A stretch of 64,000 bases of DNA, from contig OY282360.1 of NCBI GenBank assembly GCA_958295675.1, positions 261,466-325,465 on the forward strand. Reading direction: 5' to 3'. The DNA comes from Minisyncoccota bacterium (GTDB lineage Bacteria > Patescibacteriota > Minisyncoccia > Phycocordibacterales > JABAAK01). The notes under the pieces were generated by a model that was given only the letters and a program-made list of their open reading frames with translations, did not search any database and was not told the origin of the DNA. Of the stretch, positions 29,201-37,476 are shown in pieces. Positions within the stretch are counted from its first letter, which is position 1; the number at the start of each line of letters is the position of its first letter. Made by a program: the position numbers and the translations under genes.

Positions 29201-32200
29201 ATCACGATTGTCGTCACAGCAACATCCGGCAGCACCAACACCTACACCATCGCGGTCACGCGACTCAAAGATTACGATGATGACGATGACGGACTCATTG
29301 ACATACGCACCCACCAGCAGTTGAATGCGGTTCGCTGGGACTTGGACGGGAACGGCACCCCCGCCTCAGGACAGGGAACGAACTACACGACTGCCTTCCC
29401 CAGTGCGAGTACCGGTATGGGCTGCAAGCTTACAGATCACGACAACGACGCGAACACCGCCGATAAACCGACCTGCACCGGCTACGAACTCAGAGCGGAC
29501 ATTGATCTGGACACGGACGAAGACGGTAAAACATGGACAGGCACCGAAGCCAGCCCCAGCGGTGACTCAGGTGATGCCTACTACAACAGCGGATCGGGAT
29601 GGGCACCGATCGGTCACCAACCGTCGACGGCATTCAGCGGTACCTTTAAAGGAAACGGCTACACTATTAAGAACCTCTTTATTAATAGAACCGCGACCTA
29701 CACCGGACTCTTCGGCTTCGTCGGCAGACCGTCAAAAAGTCATACCCGCATTGAGGGGGTAGGACTAAAGAATGCCTATGTCAAAGGAGGCGGCTCAACC
29801 GGAGCGCTGGTCGGCAGAAATGAGAAACCCGTCACGGCAAGTTGGGTGACCGGAGCGGTGCGGGGAGCCAACGGTGTCGGCGGACTGATCGGACTGAACA
29901 CGAGTACGGTCACTGCTTCCTACTCCCTCGCGTCCGTCACCGCGACAAACACCGTCGGCGGACTCATCGGACAGCAGGAGAACGGTGGTATTGTCGCCAG
30001 CTACGCGGGCGGAAAGGTAAGTACCGCGGGAGCGACGAAGGGAGGTCTGGTCGCGAGCAAGAGCGGTACTGCATACGCCACGAACAGCTACTACAACAGC
30101 GACACCACCACCCTTGCGTCCTCCGCCCTCGGCACGGCAAAGACAGACAAGGCACTCAGAACACCCACCGGCTACACGGGTATCTATCTCAACTGGAATG
30201 TGGATGTGGGCGGTACGAACGCGACGGATGATCCGTGGAGTATTGTTGCGGGCAACTACCCGGTCCTGGACTACGGCGCGGGCGCGAGTGTTACGACGCA
30301 GAGAAACGAACAGCCGGCGGTGCCTGCGAAACCGACCATTGCCCTGCAGAGCCCCACCACCACACCGCACACCGACAAAACCCCCACCTTCCGGGTGACC
30401 ACACTGACCACAGGAGCGACGATCACACTGCACACCGGCAGCGACTGCAGCGGTACAGCACTCACCACCACCCCGACAACCGTCACCGTCGCAAGCAGCG
30501 ACACCACCAAAGACATTGACTCCACCTTCGTCGTCGGTAGTTACACCATTTTCGCGAAACAAACGAAAGACAACATCCCCGTCTGCTCATCAGGCATCTC
30601 CTTTGAGATTAAAGGGAAACCCGCCGCGCCGGGGAACATAGCGATAGCCCCGGGAGACACGGAAGTCACAGTGAGTTGGGACAACCCCAACAATCCCACC
30701 ATCACGAGCTATGAATACAAACGGAAAGTGGGCACCGGTAACTATGATGCAAATTGGACAATGATCACGGGAGTGGGCGCGTCCGACACCTCGCACACCT
30801 TCACCGGTCTCACGAACGGCACCGCATATCAATACAAAATACGCGCGGTCAATGCCGCAGGCAACGGCGCGGAATCGGAGACAGCGGCGGCTACCCCGGT
30901 GGCGACCATCTCCGCGGCTCCCGCTTCACCGACCCTCGCTTCTGACAGCGGCAGTATCACACCGTACACCGGCACAGGCACCCACCGCACCCGTGACACC
31001 ACACCCACCATTGCATTCACCGCGGTCGCGAACGCCGTCACCACCGCGAAGTACCGGCAGGGAACCAGCGGCGTGTTCAGCAACACCGGCATCACCTATG
31101 TCGGCACCGGTTCAACCACCGCCCGCACCGCCACGCTTCCGACGCTCAGCACAAACGGCACCTATCAGGTGGAGATTACCCAGACAGAGAGCGGCAAGAC
31201 AGCGAAAACAGTCACCTACTCCTTTATGCTTGATACCGTGTCACCGACAGTCACCCCCGCCGTTTCAAAAACAGGACACACCCAGTCAGGCGGTACCGAC
31301 TATCTCAGCATCGGCGACACCATCACCGTCACATTCACCTTTGATGAAGATATGCCGGCGACACCGGTGCTCACGGGAAAGTTCAGGAACAATGCGACGG
31401 ACATTCCGGCATCAGGAGGCAATCATCACACGATCGCTCCGGCGCGTACCTCCGCGACGGTGCAGACCTTGAAACTCACCGTCAGAGACGCGGGACCCGA
31501 TGTCGCCGACGGTAACCTCAAATACCAACTCACCAACGGCACTGCACTCACCGACCTCGCCGGCAACGCTCTCGGCGCGCAGACCGTCACCACTATCGCG
31601 AACACGGTGATAGACACCACCAAGCCGACACTTACGGCATTCAGAGTGGGGAGCGGCAACAGTGCGACTTACAGAGTCACCGCGACAGATGCTTCGTCCG
31701 TCACCGGCAGGACGAAAGATAATGTCGCCACGGGAAGTTGCACTGACAATACAGACACGACCGGTGGGAGTTGGACGGACTACACGCCGGGAGCAGATAC
31801 CGGCACCGCCCACGACACCGCCGGCAGGTGTGTCATCATCACGGACACGGCAGGGAACAGTAAAAAACAGCATCTCTTGGACAGCACGGTCATGGCGGTC
31901 ATACCGACAGCCCCCACCGGACTCACCGGCACCTGGGGCACAGCGGGTATCACCCTGAACTGGACTGATCCGAGCGAAAGCAGCATCACCAAGTATCAAT
32001 ACCAACAGTGTGACAGTGCCGGGGTCACCTGCGGCTCGTGGACTGATATACCAAGCAGCGGTGCCACCACCGTCACGCATCCCATCACCGGTCTCACGGC
32101 GAACACGGGATACTCGTTCAAACTCAGAGCGGTCAATGCGAACGGCGACGGTACCGCCGCCTCCATAACCGGCACCACGGGCACCATCTACGACACGGAC

Positions 32201-33574
32201 ACAGACGGCCTCATTGATATCAATACTATTCAAAAACTCAACGCCATCCGGTATGACCTCAACGGAGACGGTGTCCCGAAGGCAGGACAGGAAAGCAACT
32301 ACACCACAGTGTTCCCGAACGCGGCGACGCATCTCGGCTGTCCGGGACCCTGTACCGGCTATGAACTGACCGCGGATTTAGATTTCGATACCGACGATGC
32401 GGACATCAGAACCGACGACACCTACCACAACAGCGGCGCGGGGTGGGAACCGATCGGTGCGGACAGTGCCGGCAACCGCTTCACTGCCACATTCAACGGC
32501 AACGGCTTTGTCATTGACAACCTTTTGATCAATCGGAGCAGTACCGGCACCCAGGCATTATTCGCCGCGACAGAAACCGGCGCGAAGATCACAGCGGTCG
32601 GCATGCGCGATGTCAATGTCGCCGGTACCAACGGCTCGGCTGCTTTGGTCGGCGCGAGCAAGAGTGGTACCGTCATCAGCGCGAGTTTCTCCACCGGATC
32701 AATCACCGGCGCATGGGCTGCCGGCGGGTTAGTGGGATACAACGAAGGCACGGTAGAGGCGAGTTACAGCTCCGCCACCGTATCCGGCACGACCGCCGTC
32801 GGCGGTTTGGTCGGCAACAGCCAGAACAGCGGCGCGAGTATTAAAAACAGTTACGCCTATGGTGCGGTGACCCAGAGCGGCACAACCCATCTCGGCGGCT
32901 TGGTCGGACACAACCACACCAACGCGACGATAACAGATAGTTACTGGGACACTGAGGTCACCACGGCCGCAGGCGTCGGTACCACCGGCGCGGTCGGTAA
33001 GACCACAACACAGCTCCAGACACCCGTCGACTATACCGGTATCTACGCGACATGGGATGACAGTGATATAGGGGGCACCAGTGCCAATGACGCGCCATGG
33101 GACTTCGGCAGGAGTAGCCAATATCCGGCACTGACATTCGGAGGACACCGAACGGCGACGCAACGGCCTGCTTTCACCCTGGACATCACCGGCAACGGCA
33201 CGGCAAACTATCTGGATGCCATTGTCCACTACTATTACGCGCAGAACCCGATCGATCAGTCAGCGGGCGGTGCGGTCATGGCGAACTTCATCAATGCGAA
33301 CGACTCGCCGACGAACACAGAGAACCAGACCGACACGGCGGCTATCTACACAACGATGCAGGATTCCGCCACAACGCGTGACTTCACCGGCAACGGTACC
33401 ACCAATTATCTGGACGCCATTGTCCACTACTATTACGCGCAAAACCCGATCGATCAGTCAGCGGGCGGCGCGGTCATGGCGAACTTTATCAATGCGAACG
33501 ACTCACCGACGAACACAGAGAACCAGACCAACACGGCGACTATCTACGCGCTGCTTCAAAACCTGGATCTGTAA
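23201..33574 (+). CDS. Giant secreted surface protein G3 (3457 aa): signal peptide, 2 cadherin-like domains, Ig-like domains, one FG-GAP propeller, two FN3 + Ca-loop + GLUG beta-helix modules, an internal canonical cadherin-like domain, a third FN3, C-terminal tandem dockerin-like modules
   Basis: FN3: 'GVTLNWTDPSDSVVTGYQWQQC...GLTANTGYTMKLRA'. Ca-loop: 'DTDGDGLIDINTIQKLNAIRYDLNGDG'. GLUG-like repeats: 'GGLVGHNEGTVEASYSAATVSG..VGGLVGNSQNSGASIKNSYAYGAVTQSG..LGGLVGH'. Internal cadherin-like domain: 'LTALTVSVGTLSPSFTESLTAYTMEVSPTTASLTVTP...TYTIAVTR'. Confidence 0.85.
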   Translation: MYIHKKIFLTRCIALWVILALMVTLVPTAPYAVGQEAKKPDGGGTTDTPQEAPEQQAEAPPERVSDGDEEQEESEEEETPAPTLIGLTVSGTDLNETFDSAVTTYTADVAHDSETVTISATPMDDTATVAFTDTTDADTEEDGHQVNLTEGENTVTITVTAQDGVTTQTYTLTVTRAAEEEPTEEEEQEEADENEEQEDEEETGEETPAPTLSGLTVSDTDLNEPFDAETTAYTADVAHDSETVTISATSTDNTATVTYDPTDADTEEEGQQVNLTEGENTVTITVTAEDTTQTYTLTITRAAEEEQEDEEETGEETPEPTTEPALEQPQAQQQQQVQLPDDDDTSDTQGAPSGPLILVLKTSSDSHRHGTITTVTALPGSPTSGAVIRFTESASSLANTVDTDGSTAKTTAAANDMFRYNGTKWVFMGNGVTTAGISSDVDGITSDDTPTFNVSNSATFNSNDGSLEEASFLMKKDQGCAGLSKPSGDYIPITRTQRWSHIFTERSMTNSYDALIGTQNAGMKCLSVGWVTHGQNTSNWSELLEVTIDTGATTPTVAITSGAGTGNPTVRVSGLESGGAVAQLFSDSGCGTAISGVSSRTGASETSKDLTTTTIVAAGASIYAKQTDVAGNGSACSDAVLNAVPSAAVSGIDLKTGSDTGTQDDSITSDTTAPALGFTQVSGATITVRYRKVGGSWTTIQSGSITATGAAGTITLPNLTAGDGTYEVEITQDDDGNGARSPTAATYIFTLDTTAPTVIVSSTPALPSGTPTKFSQTGGVTITLENEDKFGTATSLSADGMLMAVGVPNDDDKAGDSSGNDRGAVYLFQKSGATWQKIHKFSDHTGSGVTGTRFTTAVTDVNLSNSDHFGSGVSLSADGTLLAVGARGDGTGAVYLFKKSSTTWQKIHKFSNHTTSTEPAVRFTAAITDVDIGGSGWFGTAVSLSASGEVLAVGARDDGSSSRGAVYLFEKTDGSWSQSLKISDNNGGAGLLDITLDARDYFGSDVSLSADGALLAVGADGDDDGSSSRGAVYLFEKASGSWTKTLKISQNGGGNSGLLHINLDGSDYFGSAVSLAGTALAASAYSDDDGGTDRGAIYLFQKTDGSWTKTLKISDNGGSGTGLLDINLDNDDRFGSAVALSADGTVLAAGAPDDDDGGSNSGAVYLYGVSPPTIASASTVTAFDSEGSSAMKWVKISDTTCTATQFTGDAGTVYTEGSAIVVTDTADNGKRFCFRVQDAAGNIGFGISPAVTVNPPVAPPTSAFTTLKIKSDAANDTGSSQDDNITKNTSPTFVVGHTTEFGAPTGQTKAGIQIGWKSGTCPAAVPTQTTAQSIYSAGTGWNYYGTGLLSVGAKQTSVEVGRLAGQSVLSAGTICILAYYNPNTINTGSTVVTASYTMGEITIDTTKPVLTVFRIWHGNANTVTFRINATDDALPITGRTKDNVTSANCTDSTDTTGGGWTDYTPGTETGTAHDTNGRCVIITDATGNSKKQHLSDFTAFTPIPKTPVGLIDTWTATGVTLNWTDPSDSVVTGYQWQQCDGTGANCGSWTNISGSNATTVSYAFTGLTANTGYTMKLRATYATGNSIAVSAVGMTGTVYDTDGDGLIDINTIQKLNAIRYDLNGDGAPKAGQESNYTAAFPNAATHLGCPGPCTGYELTADLDLNDETAGIRTDDTYYNSGAGWEPIGADSANNRFTAIFNGRGFVIDNLFINRGSTGTQALFAATETGAKITAVGLRDVSVTGANGSAALVGASKTGTVINTSFSTGTVAGAWGTGGLVGHNEGTVEASYSAATVSGTISVGGLVGNSQNSGASIKNSYAYGAVTQSGSQHLGGLVGHSHTNATITDSYWDTTVTAAAGTTTTGATGKTTTQLQTPVDYTGIYATWDDSDVGGTSANDTPWNFGESGQYPALSFGGHRTATQWSAEANLTALTVSVGTLSPSFTESLTAYTMEVSPTTASLTVTPTLHTATSSVTVNGNTVTSGSPSAAIALTAGAVTDITIVVTATSGSTNTYTIAVTRLKDYDDDDDGLIDIRTHQQLNAVRWDLDGNGTPASGQGTNYTTAFPSASTGMGCKLTDHDNDANTADKPTCTGYELRADIDLDTDEDGKTWTGTEASPSGDSGDAYYNSGSGWAPIGHQPSTAFSGTFKGNGYTIKNLFINRTATYTGLFGFVGRPSKSHTRIEGVGLKNAYVKGGGSTGALVGRNEKPVTASWVTGAVRGANGVGGLIGLNTSTVTASYSLASVTATNTVGGLIGQQENGGIVASYAGGKVSTAGATKGGLVASKSGTAYATNSYYNSDTTTLASSALGTAKTDKALRTPTGYTGIYLNWNVDVGGTNATDDPWSIVAGNYPVLDYGAGASVTTQRNEQPAVPAKPTIALQSPTTTPHTDKTPTFRVTTLTTGATITLHTGSDCSGTALTTTPTTVTVASSDTTKDIDSTFVVGSYTIFAKQTKDNIPVCSSGISFEIKGKPAAPGNIAIAPGDTEVTVSWDNPNNPTITSYEYKRKVGTGNYDANWTMITGVGASDTSHTFTGLTNGTAYQYKIRAVNAAGNGAESETAAATPVATISAAPASPTLASDSGSITPYTGTGTHRTRDTTPTIAFTAVANAVTTAKYRQGTSGVFSNTGITYVGTGSTTARTATLPTLSTNGTYQVEITQTESGKTAKTVTYSFMLDTVSPTVTPAVSKTGHTQSGGTDYLSIGDTITVTFTFDEDMPATPVLTGKFRNNATDIPASGGNHHTIAPARTSATVQTLKLTVRDAGPDVADGNLKYQLTNGTALTDLAGNALGAQTVTTIANTVIDTTKPTLTAFRVGSGNSATYRVTATDASSVTGRTKDNVATGSCTDNTDTTGGSWTDYTPGADTGTAHDTAGRCVIITDTAGNSKKQHLLDSTVMAVIPTAPTGLTGTWGTAGITLNWTDPSESSITKYQYQQCDSAGVTCGSWTDIPSSGATTVTHPITGLTANTGYSFKLRAVNANGDGTAASITGTTGTIYDTDTDGLIDINTIQKLNAIRYDLNGDGVPKAGQESNYTTVFPNAATHLGCPGPCTGYELTADLDFDTDDADIRTDDTYHNSGAGWEPIGADSAGNRFTATFNGNGFVIDNLLINRSSTGTQALFAATETGAKITAVGMRDVNVAGTNGSAALVGASKSGTVISASFSTGSITGAWAAGGLVGYNEGTVEASYSSATVSGTTAVGGLVGNSQNSGASIKNSYAYGAVTQSGTTHLGGLVGHNHTNATITDSYWDTEVTTAAGVGTTGAVGKTTTQLQTPVDYTGIYATWDDSDIGGTSANDAPWDFGRSSQYPALTFGGHRTATQRPAFTLDITGNGTANYLDAIVHYYYAQNPIDQSAGGAVMANFINANDSPTNTENQTDTAAIYTTMQDSATTRDFTGNGTTNYLDAIVHYYYAQNPIDQSAGGAVMANFINANDSPTNTENQTNTATIYALLQNLDL
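25555..26715 (+). repeat. FG-GAP beta-propeller of G3 (two blade flavours)
   Basis: Blades 'FGxxVSLSADG(T/A)LLAVGA..D.....GAVYLF(Q/E)K..G(S/T)W(Q/S)K..K(F/I)SD'. Confidence 0.6.
27700..27965 (+). other. Fibronectin type III domain (G3, first of three)
   Basis: FN3 consensus W..P......Y.......(L/T)...GLT.NT.Y.(F/M)KLRA. Confidence 0.6.
28230..28800 (+). other. GLUG-type beta-helix repeat region (G3, first of two), preceded by a DxDGDG Ca-binding loop at 27990-28100
   Basis: Repeated 'GGLVG' spaced about 20-25 aa apart, with 'NSYAxG.V' cores. Confidence 0.55.
33172..33571 (+). other. C-terminal tandem dockerin-like modules of G3
   Basis: Two about 62-aa repeats ending 'LLQNLDL*'. Confidence 0.5.
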
Positions 33575-33674
33575 GGAGATGCGAAACGGATGCACCGCGG
33601 TACGCGGAGTGTATTGCTGCATGGAATCATGGAATAAGGAATGTAGATAGGTACGATATCGGAAGCATGCTATA

Positions 33675-33689
33675 GTATCACTAATACTG
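33675..33689 (+). promoter_or_regulatory. Dyad AGTATcactaATACT overlapping a TATAGT -10-like hexamer upstream of the candidate antitoxin gene
   Basis: 5-bp inverted arms with a 5-nt spacer lie 9 nt upstream of the ATG at 33698. This is a typical autoregulatory operator layout for toxin-antitoxin loci. Confidence 0.25.
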
Positions 33690-33697
33690 ATGCAACC

Positions 33698-33904
33698 ATG
33701 AAAAACAAACTGCACACACTTATAAACGGTCTGAAAAATAAATTTCGCGGTCATAAGAATAACCGACCGGCAGCATCCGATGAAACACCAACGAATAACG
33801 GCAGCACACTCAGTCAGGAGGAAGCAAACAGAAGGATTGATAAAGCCGCGAAAGTAACCGTTGAACGATACGGTCATATCATTGAACGCCTCTCAAAAGA
33901 GTAG
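33698..33904 (+). CDS. Candidate antitoxin / small upstream partner of the Doc toxin (68 aa)
   Basis: Its stop TAG is separated by 1 nt from the Doc ATG (TAGtATG translational coupling). No family motif recognised. Confidence 0.3.
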   Translation: MKNKLHTLINGLKNKFRGHKNNRPAASDETPTNNGSTLSQEEANRRIDKAAKVTVERYGHIIERLSKE

Positions 33905-33905
33905 T

Positions 33906-34343
33906 ATGGAGTTTCTCACAGAAGAACACTTATTGCGCCTGTACGACACAGAGCGGAAAACAGGGTATCTCACCGGACTCTTCGGTCCGTTTCTGCCGAC
34001 TGATCGGGAAGTATGGGCGGAAAAGATGGCGGCAGTGCAGGGTATCGTGCAAAACAGAAGTACCATGCTCGGCGACGACCTGCACGGTACCATTGCGCGG
34101 GCGATGTTCCTGATTATCAAGGGACACAAGCTGGTTGACGGCAATAAACGCTCCTCCATTCTCTGCATGATCGGTATGTACTATCTGAACGGATATGAGA
34201 TGACAATTGATCCGGAAGCACTGTACAGGAAAGTAAAAGAAATAGCGGCACTTGATTCGCAGACCTGCGATGATGATACGATAGTTGCCGATGTGAAAAA
34301 GTTTCTGCAGGACGGCACGTACAGCGGTGCGGATACAAGGTAG
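33906..34343 (+). CDS. doc: Doc (death-on-curing) family toxin, Fic-fold
   Basis: 'GHKLVDGNKRSSIL' matches the Doc motif HxFx(D/N)GNKR. It is about 145 aa and is coupled to the upstream small ORF. I start it at 'MEFLTEEH' rather than the overlapping ORF-track start at 33861. Confidence 0.7.
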   Translation: MEFLTEEHLLRLYDTERKTGYLTGLFGPFLPTDREVWAEKMAAVQGIVQNRSTMLGDDLHGTIARAMFLIIKGHKLVDGNKRSSILCMIGMYYLNGYEMTIDPEALYRKVKEIAALDSQTCDDDTIVADVKKFLQDGTYSGADTR

Positions 34344-34477
34344 GGAACAAATAAAGTGCGCAGCGCGCGCTGTGGCATCAAAAAAATATTTTTGAAATTT
34401 TTGAAATTATTATCATAATCGGGTTATAGACCCGTGGTAGCAGGTATATCGAAATCATATATAAAAATACTACTAGT

Positions 34478-34555
34478 AAAATTGTCCACCTGTAATAAAT
34501 AATGCGATAATATAACAAGTACACTGTCTATGTGTACAGCACAAGTATAGTTAGT
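34478..34555 (+). promoter_or_regulatory. Conserved promoter/5'-leader cassette upstream of G4
   Basis: 'aaaattgtccacctgtaataaataatgcgataatataacaagtacactgtctatgtgtacagcacaagtatagttagt' then ATG. Confidence 0.5.
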
Positions 34556-37360
34556 ATGTATATAACTAAAGAACTCTTTCTCACGCGATGTATCGCACTC
34601 TGGGTGATACTCGCGCTGATGGTAACACTCATGCCGATTGCTCCGTATGCCGTCGGTCAGGAAGAAAAGAAACCTGATGGGGGGGGTACGACAGATACAC
34701 AACAAGAAGCGCCGCCGGAGCGTGTGTCGGATGATGAAGAGACAGGGGAAGAAACACCGGAAGAACGAGAGGAAGAGGCAGGTGGAGATGATGAAGAGGA
34801 AGCACCAGAACCGACTGCAGAACCGGCACCGGAACAACCGCAACCACAAACACAGCAGCAACAGCAGGTACAACTCCCCGATGATGACGACACCGCGGAC
34901 ACGCAGGCACAAACACCACCGACAGGCGCGCTGACTCTTGACCTGAAAGCCGGCAGTGACAGCGGATCAAACACCGCAGACAATATTACGAAAAACACCT
35001 CACTCACCTTTACTATTTCAAGTTCCACGAGTTTCGGCGGCACGAATACTGCCGATGACGGCACGAATATAGCCATTATTTATAAAAACAGTAGTTGCAG
35101 CACCGGAGCGGCGATACCGGCGAACGGCACCGCCTGGGGTGATTATGGTGGCTCTTACAATGGTTTTCATTCCTCTTTGAATAGCGCATGGAGGAACACT
35201 ATAAGTAGAAAAAACACAAGACACCCGGCAGCAAGCCACGATCTATCACTTGATATAACCGCGATTCCGTGGGGTGGCGGTTCCTTCACAGCACCAACGG
35301 TTACGGACGGGGTGAAGTGTTTCATCACTGCATATTTTCCAGATGGAGCTGCCTCAGCCAGCTATACCAGCAGTAACACCAGTACCGGTCTTGAAGTGAC
35401 CATAGACAGGGTAACGACCACGCCGACACTCAGAATACACTCCGGCGGCGGCACCGCGTCACCGACCGTTCGTGTTGCAAATCTTGAGAATAACAGTAGA
35501 GTGCGTCTCTACACCTCTTCTAACTGTACGACCGGTGCGCTCGGCAGCGGTGACACCACGGTGGGACCGACGGCAGTAGTGGATATCGCCCTGAGCGGAC
35601 GAACCTCAGGTGAGAAGTACTACGCCAAGCACACGGATGTCGCCGGCAACACGCCCACTTGCAGCAGCGCGGTGACGAATACCGCATCCGCTCCGCCAGC
35701 TCCCACCGGTCTCACCGGCGCCTGGACAGCGGGAGGGGTCACCCTCAACTGGACTGACCCGAACAATAGTGGAATCACCAAGTATCAATACCAACAGTGC
35801 AATAGTGCCGGTGCCAGTTGCGGTTCGTGGACTGATGTAGCGAGTAGCGGTGCGACCACCGTCACACATCCTATCACCGGTCTCACGGCGAACACGGGAT
35901 ACACTTTCAAACTCAGAGCGGTCAACGCGACTGGCGATGGTGCCGCAGCATCAACCGCCGGCAAAACAGGCACGGTGTATGACACGGACACAGACGGTCT
36001 CATTGATATCAATACAATTCAAAAACTCAACGCCATCCGCTGGGATCTCAACGGTGACGGCACCCCCGACTCAGGACATGCAACAAACTACAACGGGGTA
36101 TTCTCAAACGCCGCCACCAACCTCGGCTGTCCGGGACCCTGTACCGGCTACGAACTGACCGCGGATTTGGATTTCAATACCGGCGATGCGGTCAGAACCG
36201 ACGACACCTACCACAATAGCGGAGCGGGATGGGAACCGATCGGTGCTGACAATTCCAGCGGCCGCTTCACCGCCATCTTTAACGGCAGGGGTTTTGTCAT
36301 TGATAACCTCCTCATCAATCGGAGCAGTACCGGCACCCAGGCATTGTTCGCCGCGACAGATAACGGAGCCCGCATCACCGCGGTCGGTCTCCGCGATGTC
36401 AATGTCACCGGTGCCAACGGTTCTGCGGCACTGGTCGGCGCGAGCCAGTCCGGCACGGTCATTAACGCGAGTTTCTCCACCGGATCAATCACCGGTAAGT
36501 GGGCAACCGGTGGGTTAGTGGGATGGAATGCCGGCACGGTGGAGGCGAGTTACAGCTCCGCCGCCGTATCCGGCACGACCGCCGTCGGTGGCTTGGTCGG
36601 CAACAGCCAGAACAGCGGCGCGAGTATTAAAAACAGTTACGCCTACGGTGCGGTGACGCAGAGCGGCAGTCAGCACCTCGGCGGCTTGGTCGGACACAGC
36701 CACAGCAGCGCGACGATAACAAGTAGTTATTGGAACACCGAGGTCACCACGGCCGCGGGTACCGGCACCACCGGCGCGGTCGGCAAGACCACAACACAGC
36801 TCCAAACACCGACGACCTACACCGGTATCTATGCGACATGGGACGACAGTGATATCGGGGGTACCAGCGCGAATGACGCGCCGTGGGACTTCGGCACGAA
36901 CAGTCAGTATCCCGCGCTGTCCTTCGGAGGACACCGAACAGCGACGCAACGATCTGCCTTCACCCTGGACATCACCAGCAACGGTACCGCCAACTACTTA
37001 GACGCCATTGTGCACTACTACTACGCGCAGAACCCGATCGATCAATCGGCAGGCGGCGCCGTCATGGCAAACTTTATCAATACAAACGACTCACCGACGA
37101 AGACAGGGGATCCGACCACCACAGCAGCTATCTACACAACGATGCAGGATTCCGCCACAACGCGTGACTTCACCGGCAACGGCACCACCAACTATCTGGA
37201 CGCCATTGTGCACTACTACTATGCGCAAAACCCGATCGATCAGTCAGCGGGCGGCGCGGTCATGGCGAACTTCATCAATGCGAACGACTCACCGGCGAAG
37301 TCGGGAGCCCCGACCGACACGGCGGCTATCTACACGCTGCTTCAAAACCTGGAGCCGTAG
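34556..37360 (+). CDS. Surface protein G4 (934 aa, minimal paralog): signal peptide, acidic stalk (no cadherin-like unit), Ig-like domains, FN3, Ca-loop, GLUG beta-helix, C-terminal tandem dockerin-like modules
   Basis: Start taken at 'MYITKELFLTRC...'. FN3 at about 35690-35960, GLUG region at about 36200-36900, C-terminal modules at 36956-37357. Confidence 0.8.
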   Translation: MYITKELFLTRCIALWVILALMVTLMPIAPYAVGQEEKKPDGGGTTDTQQEAPPERVSDDEETGEETPEEREEEAGGDDEEEAPEPTAEPAPEQPQPQTQQQQQVQLPDDDDTADTQAQTPPTGALTLDLKAGSDSGSNTADNITKNTSLTFTISSSTSFGGTNTADDGTNIAIIYKNSSCSTGAAIPANGTAWGDYGGSYNGFHSSLNSAWRNTISRKNTRHPAASHDLSLDITAIPWGGGSFTAPTVTDGVKCFITAYFPDGAASASYTSSNTSTGLEVTIDRVTTTPTLRIHSGGGTASPTVRVANLENNSRVRLYTSSNCTTGALGSGDTTVGPTAVVDIALSGRTSGEKYYAKHTDVAGNTPTCSSAVTNTASAPPAPTGLTGAWTAGGVTLNWTDPNNSGITKYQYQQCNSAGASCGSWTDVASSGATTVTHPITGLTANTGYTFKLRAVNATGDGAAASTAGKTGTVYDTDTDGLIDINTIQKLNAIRWDLNGDGTPDSGHATNYNGVFSNAATNLGCPGPCTGYELTADLDFNTGDAVRTDDTYHNSGAGWEPIGADNSSGRFTAIFNGRGFVIDNLLINRSSTGTQALFAATDNGARITAVGLRDVNVTGANGSAALVGASQSGTVINASFSTGSITGKWATGGLVGWNAGTVEASYSSAAVSGTTAVGGLVGNSQNSGASIKNSYAYGAVTQSGSQHLGGLVGHSHSSATITSSYWNTEVTTAAGTGTTGAVGKTTTQLQTPTTYTGIYATWDDSDIGGTSANDAPWDFGTNSQYPALSFGGHRTATQRSAFTLDITSNGTANYLDAIVHYYYAQNPIDQSAGGAVMANFINTNDSPTKTGDPTTTAAIYTTMQDSATTRDFTGNGTTNYLDAIVHYYYAQNPIDQSAGGAVMANFINANDSPAKSGAPTDTAAIYTLLQNLEP
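36956..37357 (+). other. C-terminal tandem dockerin-like modules of G4
   Basis: 'AFTLDITSNGTANYLDAIVHYYYAQNPIDQSAGGAVMANFINTNDSP...' occurs twice and ends 'LLQNLEP*'. Confidence 0.5.
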
Positions 37361-37380
37361 TAACGGAAAAGACGGTCAGG

Positions 37381-37476
37381 CAGTGCACCTTGGCGGGGAG
37401 GTAAGATTGTCCACCTGTAATAAATAATGCGATAATATAGCAAGTATACTGCTTGTGTGTACAGCACAGGTATAGT
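37381..37476 (+). promoter_or_regulatory. Conserved promoter/5'-leader cassette upstream of G5
   Basis: 'ccttggcggggaggtaagattgtccacctgtaataaataatgcgataatatagcaagtatactgcttgtgtgtacagcacaggtatagt' then ATG. The stem here is GTATAC/GTGTAC, which is a U-G wobble if transcribed. Confidence 0.5.

Noticed and set aside
7401-33574. G1 and G3 have exactly the same length (10,374 nt, 3457 aa). Is G3 a copy of G1?
   Set aside because: The domain order differs completely: G1 has three propeller modules and no GLUG, while G3 has one propeller and two FN3-GLUG modules. The equal length appears coincidental.
33861-33905. Alternative Doc start at 33861 (MNDTVISLNASQKSS...), overlapping the upstream small ORF.
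   Set aside because: It overlaps the candidate antitoxin frame by 44 nt. The ATG at 33906, 1 nt after the upstream stop, gives classical translational coupling.
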